Source: Felis catus (lineage: Eukaryota). Taken from it: DNA of 64,000 nt. The translations under genes and the position numbers were made by a program. The notes below the pieces were generated by a model. It saw nothing but the letters and a program-made list of their open reading frames with translations. It searched no databases and was not told where the DNA came from. Shown here one piece after another: positions 10,935 to 25,143 of the stretch (positions within the stretch are counted from its first letter, which is position 1; every line of letters begins with the position of its first letter). The DNA lies in the NCBI RefSeq assembly GCF_018350175.1, contig NC_058368.1, positions 89,220,001 to 89,284,000 of the forward strand. Reading direction: 5' to 3'.

Positions 10935-13308
10935 TGATTTAAACCAAAGACCCAACTGAAAAGGAGAACTAGAGGCCAACATCCCTGATGAATCTGTATG
11001 CAGAAATTCTCAAAAAGATAATAGGAAATCATTCAACAGTAAACAAAAGAATTATGGGATTTATTCCTGGGCTGCAGGGGTGGTTCAGTATTCACAACTC
11101 AGTCAACATGATACATCACATTAATAAAAGATAAGAACCATATGATCTTGTCAATAGATGTAGAAATAACATTTGACAAAATACAGCATCATTCTTGTTA
11201 AAAATCCTCAACAAAGTAGGGATAGATAGAACATATCTCAACATCATAAAGGACATAATGAAAGACCGACAGCTAATATCATCCTCATGGGAAAAAGCTG
11301 AGAGCCTTTCCCCTACAGTCAGGAACAATACAAGGATTTTCACTGTCACCATTACCATTTAACATAGTACTGGAAGTCTTAGCCTCAGTAATCCGACAAC
11401 AAAAAGAAATAATAAGCGTACAAATTGGCAAGGAAGAATTCAAATTTTCACTATTTGCAGATGACATGATACTTTATGTAAAAAAAAACAAAAGACTACC
11501 AGAAAACTGCTAGAACTGATATAGGAATTCAGCAAAATCATAGGATATAAAACCAATGTGCAGAAATGTGTTGCATTTCTGTAAACCAATAATGAAACAA
11601 TAGAAAAAGAAATTAAAGAATCAATCCCATTTACAATTGTACTAAAAACAATAAGATGCTTAAGAATAAACCTAACTAAAGAGGTAAAAGATTTGTACTC
11701 TGAAAACTATAGAAGACTTATGAAAGATAAGAAAGAGGACACAAAGAAATGGAAAACATTCCATTCTCATAGAGTAGAAGAAAAAACTTTGTCAAAATGT
11801 CTATATTACCTAAAGCAATCTACACATTTAATGCAATCCATATCAAATACCACGAGCATTATTCACAGAGCTAGACCAAAAAATCCTAAAATTTGTGTGG
11901 AACCAAAGACCCTGAATATACAAAGCAATCCTGAAAAAGAAAAACAAAACTGGAGGTGTCATGATTCCGTATTTCCAGTTATATTACAAAGCTGTAGTCA
12001 TCAAGACAGTATGGTACTGGCACAAAAACAGACCCATTGATCAATGGAACAGAATAGAAAACTCAGAAATGGACCCACAACTATATGGCCAACCCATCTT
12101 TGATAAAGCAGGAAAGAATATCCAATGGAAAAAAAAGACAATGTCTTCAGCAAATGGTGTTAGGAAACTGTATAGTGACATGCAGAAGAATGAAACTGGA
12201 CCACTTTCTTACACCATTTACAAAAATAAATTTGAAATGGATTAAAGAACTAAATGTGAGACAGAAAACCATCAAAATCCTAGAGGAGAATACAGGCAGT
12301 AACCTCTTTGACATCAACCACAGCAACTTCTTTCTAGACATGTCTCCTGAGGCAAGGGAAACAAAAGCAAAAATAAACTATTGGGACCTTCTGCACATTG
12401 AAGTAAATAGTCAATAAACTAAAAAGCAGTCTTCAGGGGCACCTGGGTGGCTCAGTTGGTTAAGCCTCCAACTTCAGCTCAAGTCATGATCTCATGATTC
12501 ATGAGTTCAAGCCCCGTTTTCTCTCTGTGTGCCCCTTCCCTGCTTTTGCTCTATCTCTGTCTCTCTCTCAAAAATAAATTAAAAACATTTAAAAAATAAA
12601 AAAAGCAGACTTCCGAATGTGAGAAGATGTTTGAAATGACATATTTGATAAAGGGTTAGTTCTATAAAGTTCTATAAAGAACTTATCAAACTCAACACCC
12701 CAAAACCAAACAACCTCATTAAGAAATGGGCAAAAGACATGAATAGACACTTTTCCAAAGAAGACATCCAAATGGTTAACAGACACGTGAAAAAAAATGC
12801 CATCATTCATTATCAGGGAAATAACAAAGCAAAACCATGATGAGATACCACCTCACACCTGTCAGAATGGCTAAAATTAACAACACAAGAAACAACAGAT
12901 GTTGGCGAGGATGCAGACAAAAGGAAACACTTTTGTATTGGTGGCAATGCAAACTGGTGCAGCGACTTTGGAGAACAGTATGGAGGTTCCTCAAAAAACT
13001 AAAAACAGAACTACCCTATGATCCAGGAATTGCACTATTAGGTATTTACCCAAAGGATACAAAAATACAGACTTGAAGGGACACATGCACACCAATGTAT
13101 GTAGCAGCATTATCAACACTAGCCAAACTATAGAGATGGCCCAAGTGTCCATAGACTGATGAATGGATAAAGCAGATGTGGTACATGTGTATATAATGTG
13201 TGTGTAAATATAAATAATGTGTATGTATGTGTATATATATATGAATATAGAATATTCATATATACTCATCATCAAAAAATGAAATCCTGCAGTTTGCAAT
13301 GTCATGGA
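10935..13308 (+). mobile_element. 5'-truncated, degenerate L1 ORF2 (RT to C-terminus), containing a CanSINE at 12436-12600
   Basis: Fragments [25 protein letters not shown] and [10 protein letters not shown]. The SINE is flanked by an aaaagcag(t/a)cttc TSD. Confidence 0.92.
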
Positions 13309-13696
13309 GACAGAAAATCCAAAACAGGCTCCAGGCTCCCAGCTGTCATCACAGAGATGTATGGGGGGCTTGGGGCGCCTGGGTGCCTCAGTTTGTTAGG
13401 CAGCCGACTTTGGCTCAGATCGTGATCTCATGGTTCACGGGTTTGAGCCCTGTGTCAGGCTATGTGCTGACAGCTCAGAGCCTGAAACCTGCTTCAGATT
13501 CTGTGTGTGTGTCTCCCTCTGCCCCTCCCCCACTCATTCTCTGTCTCTCTCTCTCTCAAAAATAAATAAACGCTAAAAAAATTTAAAAACAAAAACAAAA
13601 CAGAGATGTATGGGGGGGCCTCGAACTCACAAACCATGAGATCATGACCTGAGCTGAAGTCAGACACTTAACAGACTAAGCCACCCAGGCGCCTCC
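13309..13696. mobile_element. Minus-strand CanSINE split by a plus-strand CanSINE (13372-13599)
   Basis: 18-bp TSD acagagatgtatgggggg at 13351-13368 and 13600-13617. Confidence 0.88.
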
Positions 13697-16600
13697 TATT
13701 TTTTTGTGCTTAAAGGACATTTAAAACAAAATACCCCCAAAGTAACAACTTTTAGCATAATCAGGAAAGACACAAGTACTGATTTAGGAGAAGGGGAGAT
13801 GCAGCAAAGTGGACACTAGGCTTGCCTCGTTCCATGAACACAATTAGATAACTATCAAATCATCCTTAACACCCTAGAAATCAACCTGAAAGCTGACAGA
13901 ACAAACTTCCCAACTAAAGGGAGAGAAGAGGCCATTTTGAAGAAGGTAAGAAGTATGGAGATGTGGTTTGGGGGAGAAATGGATCACAGGTGTTTGGAAA
14001 ATCACCTGTGTTTGGATCACAGTGTTTGCAGCTGTGGTTACAGAGAAAGAGAGAGAGAGAAGCAATCAAGGGAATGCACAAGGATAACATTTCCCCAAAG
14101 CCACAGGCTTGGAAAATGAGAGGGGTTGAATATGTGAATTCTTGCAACCATCATGGCTTAAAGCATGGAGTTTTAAAGGTCAATGGGCTTGGCTGGGATA
14201 AAGTCTTGAGGGCATTACACTGCTCCTGGAGAGAAGACAGGCAAACAACATCAGGGAAGAAAACACAGAAAAGTGATCTGAAGAATTCCTAGGCACGTAG
14301 GGGAGAGATTATTTGCTTTCTTCAGAGAATGTCCCTGAAATGAAGTATTTATGGAGATGCTTCTCCAGGAACAAAGGAGCTGGCCAGCACCATTTTCCTC
14401 CCCCACCACTCAACACAGAACCACCTGTGGGAAGCAGTGCACTGATAGCACTGGCTGCATAATGTGCTTACACCAAGCCCCAACACCCTGTGCTCCAGTG
14501 GGAGCCCTTTCTCAGTCATGCTTTCCTCAGTCCCAGTGTAATAGGCCACTCACCCAGAAGACCACCACAAACCTATGCCCACACCACATCTACTGATCAG
14601 AGAGTTTGTTAGGGCCTCAGTTCTGGTGGCAGTACTGACAAGTCTCATTTCATAAGCAGACAAGAACATACCTAGCTAAAACTCACTACATTCAGGCCAG
14701 GGACAAAACACTGCCCACAGTAGGCAAAGAGAGCCCCTACAGATGACTGGCCAGAAGGATAGAGCTACCAAAACACAAGAGCAGAGTCCATGCAGCACAC
14801 ACTGGAAGCACTCCCTGAAGCACCCAGGCCCTGGACACATATATGAACTCTTCTTCATAAGGCCATTACTTTCAGGAGCAGGAGACATAACTGGCTTTTG
14901 TAACACACAGAAGAAGGCAGAGACTTAGAAAAAATGCCAAGTCACAGGAATTTAGCACAAATGAAAGGACAGGATAAGGCCACAGACAGAAATCTAAGCA
15001 AACAGATATAAATAACATGCTTGATGGAGAATTCAAAGCAACAATCATAAGGCTACTCACTGAGCTTGAGAAAAGGATAGAAGACATCAGTGAGACCCTT
15101 ACCACAGAGATAAAAGAGGTAAAAAGTATCAATAAGAGATGAAAAATGCAATAAAAGTGATTAGAAACAGGATTGATGCAATGAAAAGCAGGCTGGAAGA
15201 ATCAGAGGAATGAATTAGTGACTTGAAAGACAAAATAATGGAAAGTAACAAAGCTGAACAAAAAAAAAAAAAGAAAAAAATTATGCAACACAAATACAGA
15301 CTTAGGGAACTCAGTGACTCCATTAAACACAATAACATTCATGTTATAAGAGTGCCAGAAGAAGACAGGGAAAAAGGGGTAGAATATTTCAATAAATAAT
15401 AGTTGAAAAATTCCATAACTTGGAGATGGAAACGGAAATGCAAATCCAGGAGGCACAGAGAACTCCCATCAAATTCAACTAAAGCAGCCCAAAACAAAGC
15501 ATATTGTATCTAAATTTGCAAAATATAGTGACACAGAAAAAATCTTAAAAGCAGCAGAACAAAAGAAATCCTGAAATTACAAGGGAAATCCCACAAGTCT
15601 AGCTGAAGATTTCTCAAAAGAAACTTGGTAAGCCAGAAGTGAGTGGCATTATATATTCAAAGTCCTGAACAGGAAAATCTGCAGTCAAGAATACTCTATC
15701 CAACAAGGCTATCATTCAGAATAGAGGAGAGATAAAGAGTTTCCCAGACAAACAAAAGCTAGGAGTTTGTGACCACTGAAACAGGCTGAAAGAATTATTA
15801 TGAAGGACTCTGAGTGCAAAGGTGAGAACAAAAGTGACAATGACAAGAAAAGATCAGAGAAAATCTCCAGAAACAATGACAAAACAAGCAGAAATTGGCA
15901 ATAAATACATATCTATCAATAATTTCTGAGTGTAAGTGGACTTTAGTCCACGTGATTTATGTTCCAATCAAAAAGTATGGGGTATCATAATGGATTAAAA
16001 AAAAAATACCAGAGATGACTGAGAAGATGGCAGCATAGGAGGATGCTGGGCTCACCGCGTGTCCTGCTGATCACTTAGATTCCACCTACACCTGCCTAAA
16101 TAACCCAGAAAACCGCCAGAGGATTAGCAGAATGGAGTCTCTGGAGCCAAGCGCAGATGAGAGGCCCAAGGAAGAGGGTAGGAAGAGCGGCGAGGCGGTG
16201 CGCGCTGCACGGACTGGCGGGAGGGAGCCGGGGCGGAGGGGCAGCCTGCTGGCCAAGCAGAGCCCCCCGAGTCTGGCTGGCAAAAGCAGAGGGACCAGCC
16301 GGACTGTGTTCTGACAGCAAGCGCGACTTAGCGTCTGGGAGGTCATAAGTTAACAGCTCTGCTCAGAAAGCGGGAAGGTGGAAGACAAAGGGAGGGAGAG
16401 CTGGTGACCCCCCGGATGACAGAGCTCAGTTTGGTGGGGAACAAAGGCACTCGCCAGCGCCATCTCCCTCGCCCATCCCCGAGCCAAAATCCCAAAGGGA
16501 ACCAGTTCCTGCCAGGGGACTTGCTCGCTCCGCGCAAACACCCAACTCTGTGCTTCTGCGGAGCCAAACCTCCGGCAGCAGATCTGACTCCCTCCAGCTG

Positions 16601-16941
16601 CCACAGGGCCCCTCCTGAAGTGGATCACCTAAGGAGAAGCGAGCTAAGCCTGCCCCTCCTGCCCCCGTGCACCTTGCCTACCCACCCCAGCTAATATGCC
16701 AGATCCCCAGCATCACAAGCCTGGCAGTGTGCAAGTAGCCCAGACGGGCCAGGCCACCCCACAGTGAATCCCGCCCCTAGGAGACGGGAAGAGAAGGCAC
16801 ACACCAGTCTGACTGTGGCCCCAGCGGTGGGCTGGGGGCAGACATCAGGTCAGACTGTGGCCCCGCCCACCAACGCCAGTTATACACCACAGCACAGGGG
16901 AAGTGCCCTGCAGGTCTGCACCACTCCAGGGACTATCCAAA

Positions 16942-17836
16942 ATGATCAAGTGGAAGAATTCCCCTCAGAAGAATCTCCAGGAAATAACAACAGCTAATGA
17001 ACTGATCAAAAAGGATTTAAATAATATAACAGAAAGTGAATTTAGAATAATAGTCATAAAATTAATCGCTGGGCTTGAAAACAGTATACAGGACAGCAGA
17101 GAATCTCTTGCTACAGAGATCAAGGGACTAAGGAACAGTCAGGAGGAGCTGAAAAACACTTTAAATGAAACGCAAAACAAAATGGAAACCACGACGGCTC
17201 AGATTGAAGAGGCAGAGGAGAGAATAGGTGAACTAGAAGATAAAGTTATGGAAAAAGAGGAAGCTGAGAAAAAGAGAGATAAAAAAAATCCAGGAGTATG
17301 AGGGGAAAATTAGAGAACTAAGTGATACACTAAAAAGAAATAATATACGCATAATTGGTATCCCAGAGGAAGAAGAGAGAGGGAAAGGTGCTGAAGGGGT
17401 ACTTGAAGAAATAATAGCTGAGAAGTTCCCTGATCTGGGGAAGGAAAAAGGCATTGAAATCCAAGAGGCACAGAGAACTCCCTTCAGACGTAACTTGAAT
17501 CGATCTTCTGCACGACATATCATAGTGAAATTGGCAAAATACAAGGATAAAGAGAAAATTCTGAAAGCAGCAAGGGATAAACGTGCCCTCACATATAAAG
17601 GGAGACCTATAAGAATCGTGACTGATCTCTCTTTTGAAACTTGGCAGGCCAGAAAGGATTGGCACGAGATCTTCAGTGTGCTAAACAGAAAAAATAAATA
17701 GCCGAGAATCCTTTATCCAGCAAGTCTGTCATTTAGAATAGAAGGAGAGATAAAAGTCTTCCCAAACAAACAAAAACTGAAAGAATTTGTCACCACTAAA
17801 CCAGCCCTACAAGAGATCCGAAGTGGGATCCTGTGA
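16942..17836 (+). pseudogene. L1 ORF1p (frameshifted)
   Basis: MIKWKNSPQKNLQE... coiled coil, a frameshift in the A-run at ~17285, and a stop at ~17700. Confidence 0.9.
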
Positions 17837-17886
17837 GACAAAGTACCAGAGACATCACTACAAGCATAAAACATACAGACATCACA

Positions 17887-20800
17887 GTGACTCTAAACCT
17901 GTATCTTTCTATAATAACACTGAATGCAAATGGATTAAATGCGCCAACTAAAAGACATAGGGTATAAGAATGGATAAAAAAACAATACCCATCTATATGC
18001 TGTCTACAAGAGACTCATTTTAGAGCTGAGGACACCTTTAGATTGAGAGTGAGGGGATGGAGAAATATTTATCATGCTACTGGAACCCAAAAGAAAGCTG
18101 GAGTAGCCATACTTATATCAGACAAACTAGACTTTAAATTAAAGGCTGTAACAAGAGATGAAGAAGGGCATTATATAATAATTACAGGGTCTATCCATCA
18201 GGAAGAGCTAACAATTATAAATGTCTATGTGCCGAATACCGGAGCCCCCAAATATATAAAACAATTACTCATAAACATAAGCAACCTTATTGATAAGAAT
18301 GTGGTAATTGCAGGGGACTTTAACACTCCACTTACAGAAATGGATAGATCATCTAGACACACAGTCAATAAAGAAACAAGGGCCCTGAATGATACATTGG
18401 ATCAGATGGACTTGACAGATATATTTAGAACTCTGCATCCCAAAGCAACAGAATATACTTTCTTCTCAAGTGCACATGGAACATTCTCCAAGATAGATCA
18501 TATACTGGGTCACAAAACAGCCCTTCATAAATTCACAAGAATTGAAATTATACCATGCATACTTTCAGACCACAATGCTAGGAAGCTTGAAATCAACCAC
18601 AGGAAAAAGTCTGTCAAACCTCCAAAAGCATGGATGTTAAAGAACACCCTACTTAAGAATGAGTGGGTCAACCAGGCAATTAGAGAAGAAATTAAAAAAT
18701 ATATGGAAACAAACAAAAAAGAAAATACAACAATCCAGACACATTGGGATGCAGTGAAGGCAGTCCTGAGAGGAAAATACATTGCAATCCAGGCCTATCT
18801 CAAGAAACAAGAAAAATCCCAAATACAAAATCTAACAGCACACCTAAAGGAAATAGAAGCAGAACAGCAAAGACAGCCTAAACCCAGCAGAAGAAGAGAA
18901 ATAATAAAGATCAGAGCAGAAATAAACAATATCGAATCTAAAAAAACTGTAGAGCAGATCAATGAAACCAAGAGCTGGTTTTTTGAAAAAATAAACAAAA
19001 TTGACAAACCTCTAGCCAGGCTTCTCAAAAAGAAAAGGGAGATGACCCAAAGAGATAAAATCATGAATGAAAATGGAATTATTACAAACAATCCCTCAGA
19101 GATACAAACAATTATCAGAGAATACTATGGAAAATTATATGCCAACCTGGAAGAAATATTGGACAACCTGGAAGAAATGGACAAATTCCTAAACACCCAC
19201 ACTCTTCCAAAACTCAATCAGGAGGAAAGAGAAAGCTTGAACAGACCCATAACCAGCGAAGAAATTGAATCGGCTATCAAAAATCTCCCAACAAATAAGA
19301 GTCCAGGACCAGATGGCTTCCCAGGGGAGTTCTACCAGACGTTTAAAGCAGAGATAATACCTATCCTTCTCAAGCTATTCCAAGAAATATAAAGGGAAGG
19401 AAAACTTCCAGACTCATTCTATGAAGCCAGTATTACTTTGATTCCTAAACCAGACAGATACCCAGTAAAAAAAGAGAACTACAGGCCAATATCCCTGATG
19501 AATATGGATCCAAAAAATCTCCGTAAGATACTAGCAAATAGAATTCAACAGCATATAAACAGAATTATTCACCATGACCAAGTGGGATTCATTCCTGGGA
19601 TGCAGGGCTGGTTCGACATTTGCAAATCAATCAACGTGATACATCACATTAATAAAAAAAAAAGATAAGAACCATATGATCCTGTCCATTGATACAGAAA
19701 AGGCCTTTGACAAAATCCAGCACCCTTTCTTAATAAAATCCCTTGAGAAAGTCGGGATAGAAGGAACATACTTAAAGATCATAAAAGCCATTTATGAAAA
19801 GCCCACAGCTAACATCATCCTCAACGGGGAAAAACTGAGAGCTTTTTCCCTGAGATCAGGAACACGACAGGGATGCCCACTCTCACCGCTGCTGTTTAAT
19901 ATAGTGCTGGAAGTTCTAGCATCAGCAATCAGACAACAAAAGGAAATGAAAGGCATCAAAATTGGCAAATGAAGTCAAGCTTTCGCTTTTTGCAGATGAC
20001 ATGATATTATACATGGAAAATCTGATAGACTCCACCAAAAGTCTGCTAGAGCTGATACATGAATTCAGCAAAGTTGCAGGATACAAAATCAATGTACAGA
20101 AATCAGTTGCATTCTTATACACTAACAATGAAGCAACAGAAAGACAAATAAAGAAACTGATCCTATTCACAATTGCACCAAGAAGCATAAAATACCTAGG
20201 AATAAATCTAACCAAAGATGTAAAAGATCTGTATGCTGAGAATTATAGAAAGCTTATGAAAGTAGTTCAAGAAGATATAAAGAAATGGAAAGACATTCCC
20301 TGCTCATGGATTGGAAGAATAAATATTGTCAAAATGTCAATACTACCCAAAGCTATCTACACATTCAATGCAATCCCAATCAAAATTGCACCAGCATTCT
20401 TCTCAAAACTAGAACAAGCCATCCTAAAATTCATATGGAACCACAAAAGGCCCCAAATAGTCAAAGTAATTTTGAAGAAGAAGACCAAAGCAGGAGGCAT
20501 CACAATCCCAGACTTTAGCCTCTACTACAAAGCTGTCATCATCAAGACAGCATGGTATTGGCACAAAAACAGACACATAGACCAATGGAATAGAATAGAA
20601 ACCCCAGAACTAGACCCACAAACGTATGGCCAACTCATCTTTGACAAAGCAGCAAAGAACATCCAATGGAAAAAAGACAGTCTCTTTAACAAATGGTGCT
20701 GGGAGAACTGGACAGCAACATGCAGAAGGTTGAAACTAGACCACTTTCTCACACCATTCACAAAAATAAACTCAAAATGGATAAAGGACCTGAATGTGAG

Positions 20801-21719
20801 ACAGGAAACCATCAAAACCCTAGAGGACAAAGCAGGAAAAGACCTCTCTGACCTCAGCCGTAGCAATCTCTTACTCGACACATCCCCAAAGGCAAGGGAA
20901 TTAAAAGCAAAAATGAATTACTGGGACCTTATGAAGATAAAAAGCTTCTGCACAGCAAAAGAAACAACCAACAAAACTAAAAGGCAACCAACGGAATAGG
21001 AAAAGATATTTGCAAATGACATATCAGACAAAGGGCTAGTATCCAAAATCTATAAAGAGCTCACCAAACTCCACACCTGAAAAACAAATAACCCAGTGAA
21101 GAAATGGGCAGAAAACATGAATAGACACTTCTCTAAAGAAGACATCCGGATGGCCAACAGGCACATGAAAAGATGTTCAGCATCGCTCCTTATCAGGGAA
21201 ATACAAATCAAAACCACACTCAGGTATCACCTCACGCCCGTCAGAGTGGCCAAAATGAACAAATCAGGAGACTATAGATGCTGGAGAGGATGTGGAGAAA
21301 CGGGAACCCTCTTGCACTGTTGGTGGGAATGCAAATTGGTGCAGCCGCTCTGGAAAGCAGTGTGGAGGTTCCTCAGAAAATTAAAAATAGACCTACCCTA
21401 TGACCCAGCAATAGCACTGCTAGGAATTTATCCAAGGGATACAGGAGTACTGATGCATAGGGCCACTTGTACCCCAATGTTCATAGCAGCACTCTCAACA
21501 ATAGCCAAATTATGGAAAGAGCCTAAATGTCCATCAACTGATGAATGGATAAAGAAATTGTGGTTTATATACACAATGGAATACTACGTGGCAATGAGAA
21601 AAAGTGAAATAGGGCCTTTTGTAGCAACGTGGATGGAACTGGAGAGTGTGATGCTAAGTGAAATAAGCCATACAGAGAAAGACAGATACCATATGGTTTC
21701 ACTCTTATGTGGATCCTGA
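17887..21719 (+). pseudogene. L1 ORF2p (endonuclease / reverse transcriptase), disrupted
   Basis: [26 protein letters not shown] and CWWECK motifs. The start is ATG>GTG; stops at ~17965, 19390, 20997 and ~21078; frameshifts at ~19660 and ~19968. Confidence 0.95.
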
Positions 21720-24700
21720 GAAACTTAACAGGAACCCATGGGGGAAGGGAAGGAAAAAAAAAAGAGGTTAGAGTGGGAGAGAGCCAAAGCATAAGAGACT
21801 GTTAAAAACTGAGAACAAACTGGGGGTTGATGGGGGGTGGGAGGGAGGGGAGGGTGGGTGATGGGTATTGAGGAGGGCACCTTTTGGGATGAGCACTGGG
21901 TGTTGTATGGAAACTAATTTGTCAATAAATTTCATAAAAAAAAAAAAACAAAAACTGAGAACAAACTCAGGGTTGATGGGGGGTGGGAGGGAGGAGAGGG
22001 TGGGTGATGGGTATTGAAGAGGGCACCTTTTGGGATGAGCACTGGGTGTTGTATGGAAACCAATTTGACAATAAATTTCATATATTGAAAAAAAAAGACC
22101 AATGAATACAGTGCCTACAAGGGACTCATTTATACCTGAAGCCACATTCAGATAAAAAGTGAGGAGATGGAGAAATATTTACCATGCAAATGGATGTTAA
22201 AAGAAGCTGGAGTAGCAATACTTATATCAAGAAAACTAGGCTTTATTTTTTATTTTTTGTTTTTTAAATTTTTTTTGAGAGAGAGAGACAGAGACAGAGC
22301 GTGATTGGGGGGAGGGGCAGAGAGAAGAGGGAGACACAGAAACTAAATCAGGCTTCAGGCTCTGAGCTGTTGGCACAGAGCCCAACACAGGGCTCAAAAT
22401 CATGGATGGTGAGATCATGACCTGAGCCAAAGTCGGATGACCAACCGACTGAGCCACCCACATGCCCTAGACTTTAAAACGAAGATTGTAACAAAAGATA
22501 AAGAAGGGCATTATAGGGGCTCCTGGGTGTCTCAGTCAGTTTAGTGTCCGACTTTGGTTCATGTCATGATATCATGGTTCATCGGTTTGAGCCTCGCATC
22601 AGCCTTTGTGCTGACAGCTCAGAGCCTGGAGCCTACTTTTGATTGTGTCTCCCTCTCTCTCTGCCCCTCCTGCACTTGTGTGTTCTCTCTCTCTCTCTCA
22701 AAGATAAATAAACATAAAAAAATGTTTTTAGGAGAAGGGCACTATACCATCATAAAGGGGAAAATGCAACAAAAAGATATAACAATTCTAAGTATTGATG
22801 CACCTAATGTGGAAGCACCAAAATATATAAAACAATTAATAAAAGACATAAAGGAACAAATCAATAGTAATACAATAATAGTAGGGGACTTTAACACCAA
22901 CTTACATCAATAGACAGATCATCTAAGCAGAAAATCAACAAGGAAACAATGCCTTTGAATGACACACTGGACTAGGTGGACTTAACAGATATGTTCAGAA
23001 TATTTCATCCTAAAACAGCAGAATACACATTCTTTTCCAATGCATATGGAACATTCTCCAGAATAAATCATATATTAGCCCACAAAACAAGCTGCAACAA
23101 ATTCAAGAAGATTAAAATCTTTGAAACCATATTTCTTTTTTTAAATGTAATTTATTGTCAAGTTAGTTAATATACAGTGTATGCAGTGTGCTCTTGGCCT
23201 TGGGAATAGATTCCCAAGATTCATCGCTTACATACAACACCCAGTGCTCATCCCAACAAGTGCCCTCCTCAATGCCCCTCCCACCCATTTCCCCAACCCT
23301 TCTTTTATGGCCACAATCCTGTGAAACTAGAAGTCAATCACAAGAAAATATCTGGAAAGACCACAAATACATGGAGGGTAAAGAACATCCTACTAAACAA
23401 TGTATGTGTCAACCAGGAAATCAAAGAAGCAATAAAATAAAGTACATGGAAACAAATGAAAATGAAAATGCAATATTCCAAAACTTTTAGGATGCAGCAA
23501 AAGTGGTCCTAAAAGGGAAATACATAGCAATACTGGTCTACCTTAAGAAGCAAGAAAAATCTCAAATAAATAACCTAATGTTACACCTACAAGAGCTAGA
23601 AAAAGAACAACAAACAAAGCCTAAAGGCAACAGAAGAAAGGAAATAATAAAGATTAGGGATGATATAAATGATATAGAAACTAAAAAATAATAAAGCAGA
23701 CCAATAAAACCAATTTTGAAAATTTTGAATTTTGAGAAGACTTTGAATTTTGAAAAAATTAACAAACTGACAAACCTATAGCCAGACTTATCAAAAAGAA
23801 AAGAGGAGAGAAAGAGGAAAGCCAACATGGTAGAGAAGTAGAGTGATCTGTACTTCCCATGTCTCTCAAACAAAGAAGTGTTGAAGCCAAAGGACTTTGA
23901 ACCCCAAGAGTCTAGGAGAAAAAGAGACTGAGTCTAAAAGGGAGACACCGGGACATCTTTGAAGGGCTATAGGTGGGTGATTGTGAATTGAGGAAGATAA
24001 AATGGGTCACATAGGCATGAGAGGAGGGATCCCCTTTTGTGTAGAGACAAAGGAAGAGAAAAGGTGGGTTGGGAAGCGTACGACTGTATCTGAACAAGAG
24101 ATAAACCTCAACTGGGACTGAGAGGGATCCCATCTCTGACTGAAGGGCTTTCTTCCGACTGGGGCCAGCTGCCCCATTCGTGCACCTGAGGAGGAGGAGA
24201 GCCAGCCCCCAGTTTGGTGGTAGGTCAGGGGTGCAGTCCACAGTAGGAGAAAGCAGTCCCTTCCCTGGAGTGCTGCCACACTGACAAAGCCAGCCAGGAC
24301 CACATATCAAGCAGCACAGAGAGGCACATCCCCAGTGCCACAGTGCATGGAGCAGGACTTTGAATCCTAGCCAAGCGCCAGGTCAGGGGAGTCAGTGGAG
24401 CGAGAAGGACCACCCTGTCTGCACTCTCAGAAGAGTGAGAACAACTCAAATGGAGTCCACTGGGTTCGTGGAGAAGAGACTGGGGAATCACCATTTTTCT
24501 CCACCACCACCACCAAGGTGGGGCCTCAGGGATTGATCCCTGGGCCCATTATGAAGGTGGGACCAGCCTACACCAAACCACACCCTTCTTCACTGGGTAA
24601 CTGCGTATCTGCATGAGCCAGATAGATGCTGTGCAACCAGACAGCTCCGTCATCCAGACCAGTGATGCTGTATAGCCTGGATTAATTCCAGGACAATTCT

Positions 24701-25101
24701 TGTTATTTACACATATTCTCCCTTCCTATCTTCCCCCCCCCCCCCCCTAGGCTGGTTACTCTGGTTGTTGGCTTATTTAGGCAGAAATATTTAATCCATT
24801 CCCTTGATACATGTTCTACATCTCCTTCTGTACTTTTCTTTCTCTCTCTGGAATAATCAAGCCATATAGTTTCTCTGCCTGGGTAACTATCTTTGTTTTT
24901 CTGTTGCCACATCCTTCTTTATTTTCCTTTCTCTCTCTCTCTGGATTAAGCCATTTAGTCTCTCTGCCTGGTCAATGTTTATTCTCTCTTTGTCCCTGCC
25001 CTTGTCATTACTCTGTATGTGGTCTTCCATCAGCACCGCCCCCACCCTGTTCTTTATTGTAGCTGGTGTTCCTCCTTTTGGACTGGTTTTTCCTTTTGGA
25101 C

Positions 25102-25103
<2 letters not shown>

Positions 25104-25142
<39 letters not shown>
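25104..25142. repeat. (TG)n microsatellite in the L1 5'UTR
   Basis: Read directly from the sequence. Confidence 0.95.

Positions 25143-25143
<1 letters not shown>

Larger units (their letters stand above)
16012..22090 (+). mobile_element. Full-length young felid L1 (L1_Fc-like), inactivated
   Basis: GC-rich 5'UTR (GAAGATGGCAGCATAGGAGG), ORF1, ORF2 (EN, RT, Cys-rich domain), G-rich 3'UTR and polyA. Imperfect TSD aaaaaa(t/g)acca at ~16001-16011 and ~22091-22101. Confidence 0.96.
13787..23815 (+). mobile_element. Old carnivore L1 'host A' (5'UTR, ORF1, EN domain), split by a younger L1 and SINEs; 3' half absent
   Basis: 5'UTR/ORF1 at 13787-16011 is homologous to 35540-37740. ORF2 EN resumes at 22102-23815. 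It contains SINEs at 22245-22466 (-) and 22516-22730 (+) and an L1 3'UTR fragment at ~23130-23298 (-). Confidence 0.88.

Noticed and set aside
19140..19182. Small in-frame duplication in ORF2 ([14 protein letters not shown])
   Set aside because: It is a local slippage event in a dead copy with no functional implication.
18043..20999. 449-aa and 345-aa ORFs as an active retroelement or novel RT system
   Set aside because: They are ordinary L1 ORF2 fragments separated by stops and frameshifts.
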